From the IMG/VR virus record IMGVR_UViG_3300020044_008506, positions 1 to 24,410 of that record: 24,410 nt of DNA; one strand, 5' to 3'. How positions within the stretch are numbered: the stretch's first letter is position 1; the number at the start of each line of letters is the position of its first letter. The notes below the pieces were generated by a model. The model was not told the DNA's origin and did not search any database. It saw only the letters and a program-made list of their open reading frames with translations. Below are positions 1 through 9,031 of this stretch, piece after piece. Source of the stretch: a virus. Taxonomy: Duplodnaviria > Caudoviricetes. The position numbers and the translations under genes are program-made.

Positions 1-212
1 AAAAAGTGAGGACTGTTATGCAAGGCGTTATAACTGTGTTTACTGGAACTGTTTCTGCTGTGTACTTAACGCCGTTGGTAGCCGAGCAAATTGGTTGGAC
101 TAAACCAGTAGAAATGCTTGGCCTTTCTTTTTTACTTGGCACATTAGGGTTACGTACTGTTCAAGCTTTTAATTCTTTTGTTGAAAAAAAACTATTAAAG
201 TTAGGTGAATGA
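1..212 (+). CDS. Putative holin, probably 5'-truncated
   Basis: The frame has no stop between the window edge and the GTG at 6. Two hydrophobic segments (VITVFTGTVSAVYLTPLV; MLGLSFLLGTLGL) and a basic C-terminus (EKKLLKLGE) fit a small phage holin. Confidence 0.6.
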   Translation, partial: KVRTVMQGVITVFTGTVSAVYLTPLVAEQIGWTKPVEMLGLSFLLGTLGLRTVQAFNSFVEKKLLKLGE

Positions 213-469
213 TGCGAAACACATTAAAAATTACAAACGTAACAGACAACCAAGACGGCACATTAACGTTTGAATTTGATGCCGGTCCGGCTATTACACG
301 CACTACACAGGAGTGGCAAGATGAAATTAATACTTGTTACAACAACTACACAATTCCAATGCTGAGAGCATTGATAGTTGATGCGTATTTATCTAGTGGC
401 ATTGTTCCTGTAGAGGCTATTATTGACACAACTGCCCCGGCAAATATATGGATAGAAAAACGTGGCTAG
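209..469 (+). CDS. Hypothetical protein, 86 aa (possible fibre-associated or chaperone protein)
   Basis: ATGA overlap with the holin stop, AGGTG just upstream, and an 8-nt overlap with the next gene. No recognisable motif. Confidence 0.75.
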   Translation: MMRNTLKITNVTDNQDGTLTFEFDAGPAITRTTQEWQDEINTCYNNYTIPMLRALIVDAYLSSGIVPVEAIIDTTAPANIWIEKRG

Positions 470-1577
470 AACAGACTTTGTTTTTCCGTATAACTTCCCA
501 CAGTCTACGTCTAGTGGCAATGCTGGCAACCGTCAGATTCGTGCTATTGGTGACTATGTGGCATTTATACGTCAAGCGGAAAGTGCTGACACTATAACAG
601 ATGTTGGTTTTTACTTTGATGCTAGAGGAACAAATGCTACGCCCGGCACGGCTCGTGTAGGCATCCAAACGGTCACGTCAAGCGGTGCAATTTCTGGAAC
701 GTGGTTGGGCTATACAGATTACACTGCGGATGCTACAAACTTCCCTAACTTTACAGCCGTCACTTTAAGTATTACTGCTAACGGTACTGCATCTGTCACT
801 AGAGGGCAGTTTTACGCTATCGTCGTTTATTGCCAATCTGGTACGTGGGACGCAACCAATAACTTACAGATTTCAACTATTAATACTAACGTAGGGCAAA
901 TAGCAAATACGTTTCCAACTATGAGGGCTGTAGTAGGTGGAGTACAAACTGATACTAATAACCCATCGACACCAATGCATTGGGCAAAAAGTAGCACTCA
1001 ATATTACGGCAATGCGTTTTATGGCTCTGGTAGTATTGCGTCATTTAACTCGGCTGCTACACCAGATGAAATTGGGATGAAGTTTGTAGTGCCATCTGGG
1101 TGGACTACGAATTTTAATGTGCTAGGCATACAAGGCGTGTTGGGTCCGACAAACTCGGCTGCTACATTCAACATGAAGTTGTATGACTCAGCAAACAATG
1201 TGTTGCAGACTACGTCTTACAATAGCCTAGACATTTATGGTGGGAATAACGTTAACAGTCTACGCACCGTTTACTTTAACACTACTACGCTTAGTAATCT
1301 TATACCCGGAAATACATATCGAATAACCATTGAGGCAACCAACGCTACACTAGGTGCAATGTCAATGCAACGTATTACTTATCCTAGTGCGGCACACGTT
1401 GCGGCATTCGTAGGAAGTGGGACATATATGCGTACGGAACGCACCAACGCAGGAGCGTGGACAGATACGGACACACAAGGGCTTTGTTGGAAATTAATTA
1501 TAAGTGCTGCTACCGCTACAGGTGGTGCAGGTGGAATAGTAGTACATCCCGGTATGTCTGGTGGAATGAGAGGTTAG
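462..1577 (+). CDS. Putative receptor-binding or virion decoration protein with two tandem beta-sandwich domains and a C-terminal HPGMSGGMRG tag
   Basis: T/N/G/A-rich, beta-strand pattern. Two related halves (DYVAFIRQ..ITDVGFYF..VTRGQFYAIVV and DEIGMKFVV..VLGIQGV..LIPGNTYRITI) resemble DUF4082-type jelly rolls as I recall them. GTG start. Confidence 0.65.
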   Translation: MARTDFVFPYNFPQSTSSGNAGNRQIRAIGDYVAFIRQAESADTITDVGFYFDARGTNATPGTARVGIQTVTSSGAISGTWLGYTDYTADATNFPNFTAVTLSITANGTASVTRGQFYAIVVYCQSGTWDATNNLQISTINTNVGQIANTFPTMRAVVGGVQTDTNNPSTPMHWAKSSTQYYGNAFYGSGSIASFNSAATPDEIGMKFVVPSGWTTNFNVLGIQGVLGPTNSAATFNMKLYDSANNVLQTTSYNSLDIYGGNNVNSLRTVYFNTTTLSNLIPGNTYRITIEATNATLGAMSMQRITYPSAAHVAAFVGSGTYMRTERTNAGAWTDTDTQGLCWKLIISAATATGGAGGIVVHPGMSGGMRG

Positions 1578-1578
1578 T

Positions 1579-3000
1579 ATGCCAAAAGAGATACTTAAAC
1601 GTGGAGCCACTAGCAATATCATACGTGTGTTCCTACAAGACTCAGCGTCAACTACGGGCGCTGGTAAAACAGCATTAACAAGCACATCCAGTGGGCTAAT
1701 TATCTCGACTATTGCTGACCTTGAGGCTACAGCAACAACATATACGAGCGCAGCCACTAACGTTGAAACCATTACTACATTAGGCACGTTTGCAGCGCCT
1801 ACGGCTAGTAAGTGTAGGTTCCGTGAAGTCGATGCTACAAACTTTCCGGGTGTGTACGAAATACAAATTGCGGACGCAAGATTTGCCGTTGCAAACTCAA
1901 CGCAGTTGCTAATTAGTATTCAATGTACCGGCGTAGCACCTGTATTTGTTGAGTATCAACTTGTCGCTGTTGACCTGATGGATACAGTCCGTTTTGGGTT
2001 AACGGCTCTGCCAAATGTGGCTCAAGGTACATCAGGCGCATTATCTACAGGTAACGCATCTGGTCAAGTTACTGTTGCTACTAACAATGACAAAACTGGA
2101 TATAGCCTTACACAAACATTCCCAGCAAACTTTAACTTGCTTGCTATAAATGGTAGTGGTGCAGTTACGGCAGGAACAGTAAGTGACAAAACTGGATATA
2201 GTCTCACACAAACATTCCCAACAAACTTTAATTTACTTGCAATTAATGGCAGTGGTGCTGTAACCGCTGGCACCGTAAGTGACAAAACGGGTTACTCATT
2301 ATCTGTTGCGCCTCCTACTGCTGCACAAATTTGGGCTACGGACGTTTCGGGATATACAACTGCAGGACAAGCAGGTACGTATCAAAATAAACTTGATGCT
2401 GCCATTACTACACGTATGGCTTCATTTACGTATACTGCCCCGCCAACAGTAACACAAATATGGCAGACAGATGTATCTGGATTTAGCACTGCCGGGCAAG
2501 CTGGTACGTATCTTAAAAATGCAATGCCTACGTTTACCTATACGGCCCCTCTTAATTCCGCACAAACTGCATCTGCTGTATGGGATGCATTACTTGCATC
2601 ATATACAGTCAACAATTCGTTTGGCCAAAGGGTTCTGCGCTCAACAAGCAGCCAATCAACTTGTGCAGTTACAGGTTCTAGTCATATTGCAGCCGACGTA
2701 CATGAACTACAACCAGCTGTTATAACGGCAGCTGATTTTTCAGCTGGTGCAATTGACGCTAATGCTCTTGCTGCAGATGCTACTGCTGAAATTGCAGATC
2801 GTGTTTTAGGTAGAACTATTTCTGGTGGCGCCGATGGTGGTCGTAACGTAACAAGTGCATTACGTATTTTACGCAACAAATTTACAGCTGCTGCTACAAC
2901 ATTAACTGTTTATGCTGAAGATGACACAACAACAGCATGGACGTCTACGTTAAGCACCGATGCTGGAGCTACGCCAATTACAGGAAGTGACCCAACGTAA
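1579..3000 (+). CDS. Putative fibre/stalk structural protein, 473 aa
   Basis: N-terminal beta domain (EVDATNFPGVYEIQI), central DKTGYSL and APPTxxQIW repeats, and a C-terminal RNK..TLTVYAEDDTT.AW segment. GAGG precedes the ATG. Confidence 0.7.
   Translation: MPKEILKRGATSNIIRVFLQDSASTTGAGKTALTSTSSGLIISTIADLEATATTYTSAATNVETITTLGTFAAPTASKCRFREVDATNFPGVYEIQIADARFAVANSTQLLISIQCTGVAPVFVEYQLVAVDLMDTVRFGLTALPNVAQGTSGALSTGNASGQVTVATNNDKTGYSLTQTFPANFNLLAINGSGAVTAGTVSDKTGYSLTQTFPTNFNLLAINGSGAVTAGTVSDKTGYSLSVAPPTAAQIWATDVSGYTTAGQAGTYQNKLDAAITTRMASFTYTAPPTVTQIWQTDVSGFSTAGQAGTYLKNAMPTFTYTAPLNSAQTASAVWDALLASYTVNNSFGQRVLRSTSSQSTCAVTGSSHIAADVHELQPAVITAADFSAGAIDANALAADATAEIADRVLGRTISGGADGGRNVTSALRILRNKFTAAATTLTVYAEDDTTTAWTSTLSTDAGATPITGSDPT
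2089..2301 (+). repeat. 96-bp (32-aa) tandem repeat: two full copies plus a partial third
   Basis: DKTGYSLTQTFP[A/T]NFNLLAINGSGAVTAGTVS begins at 2089 and 2185; DKTGYSL recurs at 2281. DNA differences are mostly synonymous. Confidence 0.97.
2308..2550 (+). repeat. Second intragenic repeat, two copies of about 36-43 aa
   Basis: APPTAAQIWATDVSGYTTAGQAGTY..FTYT at 2308 and APPTVTQIWQTDVSGFSTAGQAGTY..FTYT at 2437. Confidence 0.93.
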
Positions 3001-3254
3001 TGGCTGTAGGATTTCGTGGAATACTAGGGTTTTGGATAGGTGGTGTATCAACTGGGGCTGCAACTCCTATATCAACTGACCTATGGACTAGACCCGGAAC
3101 TGTTACATCTACGTACACTCAAGGACAAACATTGAATAGTGCATGGGTTCCTTCTGGAACCGTGACTTCCCCGTATACTAGAACAGGTACATCGACTGAT
3201 CCTTGGTCGCGCCCCGGTACGTTAGGATCAACGTGGACTAAGGAGCAAACGTAA
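3000..3254 (+). CDS. Small virion-associated protein with a hydrophobic N-terminus and 10-aa W/Y repeats
   Basis: TAATG coupling at both ends. MAVGFRGILGFWIGG is followed by six 10-residue units. Confidence 0.8.
   Translation: MAVGFRGILGFWIGGVSTGAATPISTDLWTRPGTVTSTYTQGQTLNSAWVPSGTVTSPYTRTGTSTDPWSRPGTLGSTWTKEQT
3078..3251 (+). repeat. Six degenerate 10-aa (30-bp) repeats
   Basis: DLWTRPGTVT / STYTQGQTLN / SAWVPSGTVT / SPYTRTGTST / DPWSRPGTLG / STWTKEQT. Aromatic residue at position 3 and Thr at position 8 in every unit. Confidence 0.88.
3241..3245 (+). promoter_or_regulatory. Shine-Dalgarno site of the nozzle gene
   Basis: AGGAG lies 8 nt upstream of ATG 3254. Confidence 0.7.
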
Positions 3255-6200
3255 TGCCTACACGGATGGTAACAAATAACCAGCAAGCATTTACTTTAGG
3301 TGATGCAAAATTTACTGGGCTTGATACATATAACTCTCCAAATAAATTACAAGAAGGCTACTTTCAAAAGTTAGATAACTTGCAAATCTATGGCAACACA
3401 TTACAGCCACGTAATGGGTGGAATACGTGTTGGCACTCAACTACTGGTAGTCCTAATTTTGCGTTACCTCAGCCAATTTGGGAAACTGTTGCCCTAAAAG
3501 ATAATGGCCAGCAGAGCAAGATTGTTTTTACTTGTAATAGCAAATTGTATTACTGGGATACAACAACATACGGAACATCTAATAATCAACCTGTTGAAAT
3601 TTTAGATCGTACTACTGGCACGTCGTTTGCTTTTAGCAATAGTGAAAATGTACGAATGGTATCTTTTGGTCAGTACATCTATGGTGTTGCTGGTGGATCA
3701 CAAGCATTATTTCGTGTGCGTATGAATGACAATGTAGTTGAGGGTGAATCAATACCACAACTAGTAGATGTCTCTCCGTATTCTCCGATTGCAACAGCAA
3801 CGTCTATTATTGTCAGGGCACTTAGCAACACTAATAAGTCGGCTATTGACACTACGAGTTTTGGTTCTGTTCCTACTGTTTTTGTAAGTGCTACAGTCAC
3901 TTTAGGCACAGCAACAATTGCATATGTAACTCCCGCATCTAGTCGTTTTATCGCTAATCAACCAGTTGTATTCAGTACATCTACGGTTACAAACATAGTT
4001 GCTGGCACAACGTATTATGTTATTTCTACAGGACTAGTCAGTACTGGCTTTCAGATTTCTGCATCAATTGGTGGAACAGCAATAACACCTACTGGTGGAA
4101 CCGGAGGAACATTCGTTGTCAGAGCAGATGGAGCAAACGTATTAAACAACGGAGCTATTGCATCTAGTACGGCTTCTGGCTTTGGCGAATGGAATTACAA
4201 CACTGGAGACACCCAGCGTATTACTTCAGGAACTAAGTTAGTAGGTGGTATTACCTACAACGTATTTTCAAACACAGCCAAAAACCCAGACAACTACATC
4301 CTAACACGTGACGGTGCTACTGGATTTTGTTTGAAGATTGATCAAGCACAAGACTATTTCTTTCAAGACATTGATGTGCGAAACGTACTGGTAACTAAAG
4401 ATGAGACACCTTTAGCATTTACTGGCACAGCGTCATCCAGTACATTGACTATTGCGGGTGGCCATAATCTAGTTGTTGGTCAGATTATTCGATTTACAGT
4501 AACAGTTGCTGGATTAACTGCTGGTACAAACTACTACGTAAAATCAATCACTACGACTACATTAACTGTTACAACTGATTCCACTCTGGCTGGAGCAGCA
4601 GTTACGCTAACTTCTCCGGGAGTTACGTTAGGCGCAACGTATATTATTCCGCAGCATAATGCAGGTTTGTATGCTTTGACTTTTTATGCGTACAACCAAG
4701 ATGATTTAACTAATTTTGTTAGCCAGAACAATATTGATGTCACGGTACAAGGATATTGGAAAACGGCCTCTAGTGCTTTTTCTTCATCCAATGAAATTGC
4801 TGGAGCAGTACTTCAAACTACTGTAGAAATTGCAGCAGGACAAAGTTCTGCTGACTGGCAAAAGATACAGATTATTGTGGACTTTAGGTTGTTTGACAAG
4901 ATACTGACAGGGTTAAAGTTTAGAGTTCAAGCAGCTTTCAACAGAGGAGGAGATTCCTTTGTTTACTTAGATGACTTTACTTGTCATCCTGTTAACAGTA
5001 GATTCCAATTATCTGATACGCAAGATGACCCAAAAGGCCTCGTAAAGATTAATACAAATCAGGCCAATAATACTTTTATCAATGAAGCCCTTCCGACAAA
5101 TCCGTTTGTAGACTATGTCCAAAACGAATACGTCAAAATAAATATTACGCCTACCGTAGAATTTACGGCTTCTATCAATAACGCTGCTATAACTACTAGT
5201 GCTCCGCATGGACTGAATGTAGGTAATGCAGTATTGTTCACAACGACAGTAGGTGGCACGTCTACATCTACGACTTACTACGTAAAAGGTATTTCCTCAC
5301 CAACGCAATTTGTTGTTACGACTGATCAAACATTAATTGGAAATGCATTTGTATTTACAGCTAATGTTGCAGTAACAACTAACTATTACCAAGCAACTGT
5401 TGATTTACGAAACGTCCAGTCAATTAGTGTCGCGTCGGCGTTTAGTGACAAGATCAATCAGTCAGTACCACCATTTAGTTTGGGAATACGTAATGGCAAC
5501 AGTATGTACTTTACTGGCCAGTGTACATACGACAAAGACCAAGGGTTTTTAACATGGGCACTGTTTCCAATTACTACATCTGTTAGAACTCAAGTAGCTG
5601 CTGTTTACATCAAAAATGATTTTGACCTTAACGGCTTTTATAACAATGAGTGGGTAATTAGTTTCGGTGATGTTGTTCGTCAGGGATCTCTTACACCTGA
5701 CTCTATTTATACGTATACATTTAGTTTGTGGAGACCATACGCATTACCAACTACAACGGCTACTCCTAGCTGGGCAAGTGTAAACTTTACTGCTGCACTT
5801 AGTGGGACATTACTGACTACATCTACTGCCCACAACTTAGGCGTAGGTTCAATGTTGACATTTACTGGAACTACTGGTGGTGTCTCTACTACTACGACTT
5901 ATTATGTAAAGACTGTACCTAGCACTACTACATTTACAATAACTACTGACTCGTCATTGATTGGTACTACTTTTCAATTCTCTGCTGCTGTTACTTTGGG
6001 CGCAAACCAATTTACTCCAACGCCTGAAGTACCAAGCGGTAATGGGTTTGAGACAGTGCCGTCTAAATTAAGTAATGAAGTGACTGTTACATCTGCAATA
6101 AACAGTGTCACTCTATCTATCCCATATACATGCACACAACTAAAGAATGGATTAACGGGAAGCAACCCAATATATAAGTACTGTTTGATCTATAGAAACA

Positions 6201-7588
6201 ACGCACGTTCTGGTGGGGTTCAACCAAAGTTAATTGGATTCATCGACCTTGACACTGGATCAGTATATTCATCTGGTTCTGTCTGGAAGGGTTTAACTAC
6301 GTCTTCATCTGGAGTCTCTACTAACTTAACTATTACAGATCAAGTAGAAGACTCATCTTTGTTTTTTGACAATGGTCCCGGAACATTAGGCTACAGATTA
6401 CGGACAGGCAAAGATCAATTTCCTGTCGGTGCTGATGTAGTTTCTACTTACAACCAACGATTGTTTGTTAGTAAGAAGAATGCCATTTACGCAAGTTGGT
6501 TACTTAATCCGGGAAATGAATATGGTGTATATACAACATTACTTCCTGACGTAACTGATCCTGAAGTTGCCATTAAGGGTACTCAATTCAGTATTAGCAA
6601 TAAGACAGACGAAGAACAGATTCAAGCAATGATTGCAGTTCAAGGCGACGGCTTGATGAGAGACAACAGTACTACTGCTGCTATGGTTATCATGCGGGAG
6701 AGGAGTACTTATCTCCTGACGGGAGATAGTCCGCATAATTTTGCAAGCCAAGGATTTTTACAACAAGGAACTGCAGGACTTGTTGCCAAGCGTGGTTATG
6801 CAACTGTTATGAACCGCCTTGTGTACTTAACTGCAAGTGGCTTGATGGAACTGCAGAGTACAGTTCTTACTCCTAAATCTATTGCTCTTGAAGGCGTCCT
6901 TAATATCAATAGCCAAAACTTTACTACTCAGTCAAATAATTACATCAGCCCTGCGTTATATTCTAAGGTGGTTGTAGCAAGTCAAGATCGTCGTATTATT
7001 ATGTTGGCTCCAACCCAAACTGATAATACAACTACAGCAAACAGTAGAACCTATGTTTATGACCATCGTAACCAAGGATGGTTTACTTGGATTAATCCTG
7101 TTGGATTTACAAGCTTAGTCGTACTTGAAGCTGCTGATGACACACAAGAGTTATATGCTGGTGGCCGAGATGGAAAGTTATACAAGTTAGAAAGTTGGTC
7201 TGACAATGTATATGCATCTACAGCAAACACTACTAGGACATCAACACCTATCTCGTGGGAAATCAATACACGGCAATATGGTCAAACATTTGCAGAAGGC
7301 GCAATGTATTACAGCGCAAACAAGTTACACTCATTGTTATTGCATATTGATAATCAAGCCACTACCGAAATGTATATAAACTGGAGTATTACAAGTATTA
7401 AGGGTTACAGTACTACTGGGATATATGCTTGGCATCCATCAACCAATGAAGTAGTATCACTGCGAAGTATTTCACGAACTGCTGATGCACAGGCGTTTAA
7501 TATCAATTTGACGGGAAGTACATCTCATCCATGGCGTATGTTTGCATTGCATGCGACAACTACTGAAGGAAATACACCGAGAACATAA
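3254..7588 (+). CDS. Tail nozzle / head-stabilisation protein (P22 gp10 / T7 gp12-like) with large beta-domain insertions
   Basis: N-terminus FTGLDTYNSPNKL..DNL..GNTLQPRNG matches the nozzle start pattern. Propeller-like blades YNQRLFV, NRLVYLTASGLMEL, RTYVYD..QGWFTW and LYAGGRDGKLYKL. It lies directly upstream of ejection-like genes. Confidence 0.8.
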   Translation: MPTRMVTNNQQAFTLGDAKFTGLDTYNSPNKLQEGYFQKLDNLQIYGNTLQPRNGWNTCWHSTTGSPNFALPQPIWETVALKDNGQQSKIVFTCNSKLYYWDTTTYGTSNNQPVEILDRTTGTSFAFSNSENVRMVSFGQYIYGVAGGSQALFRVRMNDNVVEGESIPQLVDVSPYSPIATATSIIVRALSNTNKSAIDTTSFGSVPTVFVSATVTLGTATIAYVTPASSRFIANQPVVFSTSTVTNIVAGTTYYVISTGLVSTGFQISASIGGTAITPTGGTGGTFVVRADGANVLNNGAIASSTASGFGEWNYNTGDTQRITSGTKLVGGITYNVFSNTAKNPDNYILTRDGATGFCLKIDQAQDYFFQDIDVRNVLVTKDETPLAFTGTASSSTLTIAGGHNLVVGQIIRFTVTVAGLTAGTNYYVKSITTTTLTVTTDSTLAGAAVTLTSPGVTLGATYIIPQHNAGLYALTFYAYNQDDLTNFVSQNNIDVTVQGYWKTASSAFSSSNEIAGAVLQTTVEIAAGQSSADWQKIQIIVDFRLFDKILTGLKFRVQAAFNRGGDSFVYLDDFTCHPVNSRFQLSDTQDDPKGLVKINTNQANNTFINEALPTNPFVDYVQNEYVKINITPTVEFTASINNAAITTSAPHGLNVGNAVLFTTTVGGTSTSTTYYVKGISSPTQFVVTTDQTLIGNAFVFTANVAVTTNYYQATVDLRNVQSISVASAFSDKINQSVPPFSLGIRNGNSMYFTGQCTYDKDQGFLTWALFPITTSVRTQVAAVYIKNDFDLNGFYNNEWVISFGDVVRQGSLTPDSIYTYTFSLWRPYALPTTTATPSWASVNFTAALSGTLLTTSTAHNLGVGSMLTFTGTTGGVSTTTTYYVKTVPSTTTFTITTDSSLIGTTFQFSAAVTLGANQFTPTPEVPSGNGFETVPSKLSNEVTVTSAINSVTLSIPYTCTQLKNGLTGSNPIYKYCLIYRNNARSGGVQPKLIGFIDLDTGSVYSSGSVWKGLTTSSSGVSTNLTITDQVEDSSLFFDNGPGTLGYRLRTGKDQFPVGADVVSTYNQRLFVSKKNAIYASWLLNPGNEYGVYTTLLPDVTDPEVAIKGTQFSISNKTDEEQIQAMIAVQGDGLMRDNSTTAAMVIMRERSTYLLTGDSPHNFASQGFLQQGTAGLVAKRGYATVMNRLVYLTASGLMELQSTVLTPKSIALEGVLNINSQNFTTQSNNYISPALYSKVVVASQDRRIIMLAPTQTDNTTTANSRTYVYDHRNQGWFTWINPVGFTSLVVLEAADDTQELYAGGRDGKLYKLESWSDNVYASTANTTRTSTPISWEINTRQYGQTFAEGAMYYSANKLHSLLLHIDNQATTEMYINWSITSIKGYSTTGIYAWHPSTNEVVSLRSISRTADAQAFNINLTGSTSHPWRMFALHATTTEGNTPRT
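3881..6016 (+). repeat. Four dispersed ~75-80-aa beta-barrel repeats (HxLxxG...TxYYVK; E1-FCCH-like) inside the nozzle
   Basis: Copies at about 3881-4120, 4415-4648, 5159-5392 and 5783-6016. All carry T[T/N]YYV; copies 2-4 also share H[N/G]LxVG and TTDxxL. Confidence 0.9.
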
Positions 7589-8058
7589 TGGCAATACCCG
7601 GTCCTGTTACAACTCCAGAGTCATCATCTGGTTCACGTCGTGCTCCGGCATTAAACAAAGTTTATGGGCCGGGAGTGTCTGGATTAATACAGACTATACG
7701 TACGTATGTTGGTAATCCAACTGTGCCATATTCTGCTAACCAAATGCAGCAGACAATATACAAGTCTGACAATGTGGTTATGTATGCAGATCAATTGGCA
7801 ATATGTGATGCAACAACAGGTAGTTTTGTATTGACATTACCGCAGGCTGCATCATGTTATGGCAGGAGAGTTATTGCAGCTAAAATGGATTCATCAGCAA
7901 ACACAATATCGTTTGTTGTTGATTCTCCATCTAGCCTTTGGAAGTATTCAACATGGACGTCGTTATCTAAGCAGTATGAAACTGTTACGTGGCTTGCTTG
8001 TTTAGATGCATCAGGTAATTATGGGTGGCTTGCTTTACTAGATAAGGCCGTAGTTTAA
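7588..8058 (+). CDS. Putative tail fibre-associated protein (single T4 gp34-repeat-like module)
   Basis: CDATTGSFVLTLPQAASCYGRRVIAAKMDSSANTI matches the DxTxGxxTLTLPxA..G....K.D...N.I fibre module pattern. TAATG-coupled to the nozzle. Confidence 0.6.
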   Translation: MAIPGPVTTPESSSGSRRAPALNKVYGPGVSGLIQTIRTYVGNPTVPYSANQMQQTIYKSDNVVMYADQLAICDATTGSFVLTLPQAASCYGRRVIAAKMDSSANTISFVVDSPSSLWKYSTWTSLSKQYETVTWLACLDASGNYGWLALLDKAVV

Positions 8059-8075
8059 TAGGATAGGTACATAAA

Positions 8076-9017
8076 ATGGCAAACAATCGACAAATTGGTG
8101 GAGCAATAGGTGGCAAGATTGCTGGCGCTTTTGGTGGGCCATTGGCCGACATGGGCGTTAGTTACATCTTAAACAATCTGATTAAGCCAAATAAAAATCC
8201 ATATCTAGAACAACAGAAGTCTGCCTACAACGCTAAACGTAGGCAGATGAATTACTTTCAATCGATGCTTGATAAGCAGGATGCACGTAATAAAAAGTAT
8301 CAGCCTATGTATGACAAGATGACTGATATGGCAATTGAAGGTGCTAATAAACCTTTGACCAACACGGACATCTTTAAAGGCCTTGGTCCTGCTAACGAAA
8401 TACTAAACAATAACGCACAGGCTGCAAGTGCTGCTGGTGCAGATATGGCAAGTAAGTCTGGCTTGCAAGGTGGAGCACGAGTCGGATTACAGAACTCTAT
8501 TAATAACACCAATCGTTCTGCTATTAATAAAAGCATTAGCGATTATTCAAATGCGTATGAATTACAAGCGCCAGCACGTATGGCTGCTGCAGCAAGTATG
8601 GCTGGGCAGAACTATCAAGACTCTCAAAATCAATTAATGAGTATGCTTGGTGGAATGCAACAAGGTTACAACGAACTTGGCAACATGGCAGGTGAGCTTG
8701 GCAATACGTACAACAACCAGCTTGCTGCACGTCAAGGTGATCAATCAGCGTTGATGAGTATGCTCGGTGGTATGAGGGCTGATCAAGCACAACGTCGCCA
8801 ATTTGATGCACAGATGAAGCAACAGCAAGCTATGAATGATGCTCAGATAAAAGCAATGCAAACATATGGTCAATCCTATAATCCTTATTTACCCGGTGCT
8901 ACGGGAACTGTCTTTGGTCAACAAAAGCCAGTAAGTATTGGTGCTAATTTAGGATTTGCACCGCAACCTAGTATTAACTCAGCTTACAATCGTAGTGGTT
9001 TCCAGTTAAGGCCTTAA
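8076..9017 (+). CDS. Putative DNA ejection/pilot protein 1 (P22 gp7-like position)
   Basis: Gly-rich N-terminus GGAIGGKIAGAFGGPL, Q/M/A/N-rich helical body with no Cys or Trp, located after the nozzle. AGGATAGGT upstream. Confidence 0.65.
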   Translation: MANNRQIGGAIGGKIAGAFGGPLADMGVSYILNNLIKPNKNPYLEQQKSAYNAKRRQMNYFQSMLDKQDARNKKYQPMYDKMTDMAIEGANKPLTNTDIFKGLGPANEILNNNAQAASAAGADMASKSGLQGGARVGLQNSINNTNRSAINKSISDYSNAYELQAPARMAAAASMAGQNYQDSQNQLMSMLGGMQQGYNELGNMAGELGNTYNNQLAARQGDQSALMSMLGGMRADQAQRRQFDAQMKQQQAMNDAQIKAMQTYGQSYNPYLPGATGTVFGQQKPVSIGANLGFAPQPSINSAYNRSGFQLRP

Positions 9018-9031
9018 GGTAGATAATCAAC

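Noticed and set aside
2089-6016. Diversity-generating retroelement TR/VR pair or CRISPR array
   Set aside because: The repeats are in-frame protein repeats with synonymous, not adenine-specific, differences. There are no spacers and no reverse transcriptase or cas gene.
8059-9031. Promoters or terminators in the two short intergenic gaps
   Set aside because: The gaps are only 17 and 14 nt and contain SD-like purine runs only, with no hairpin or -35/-10 pair.
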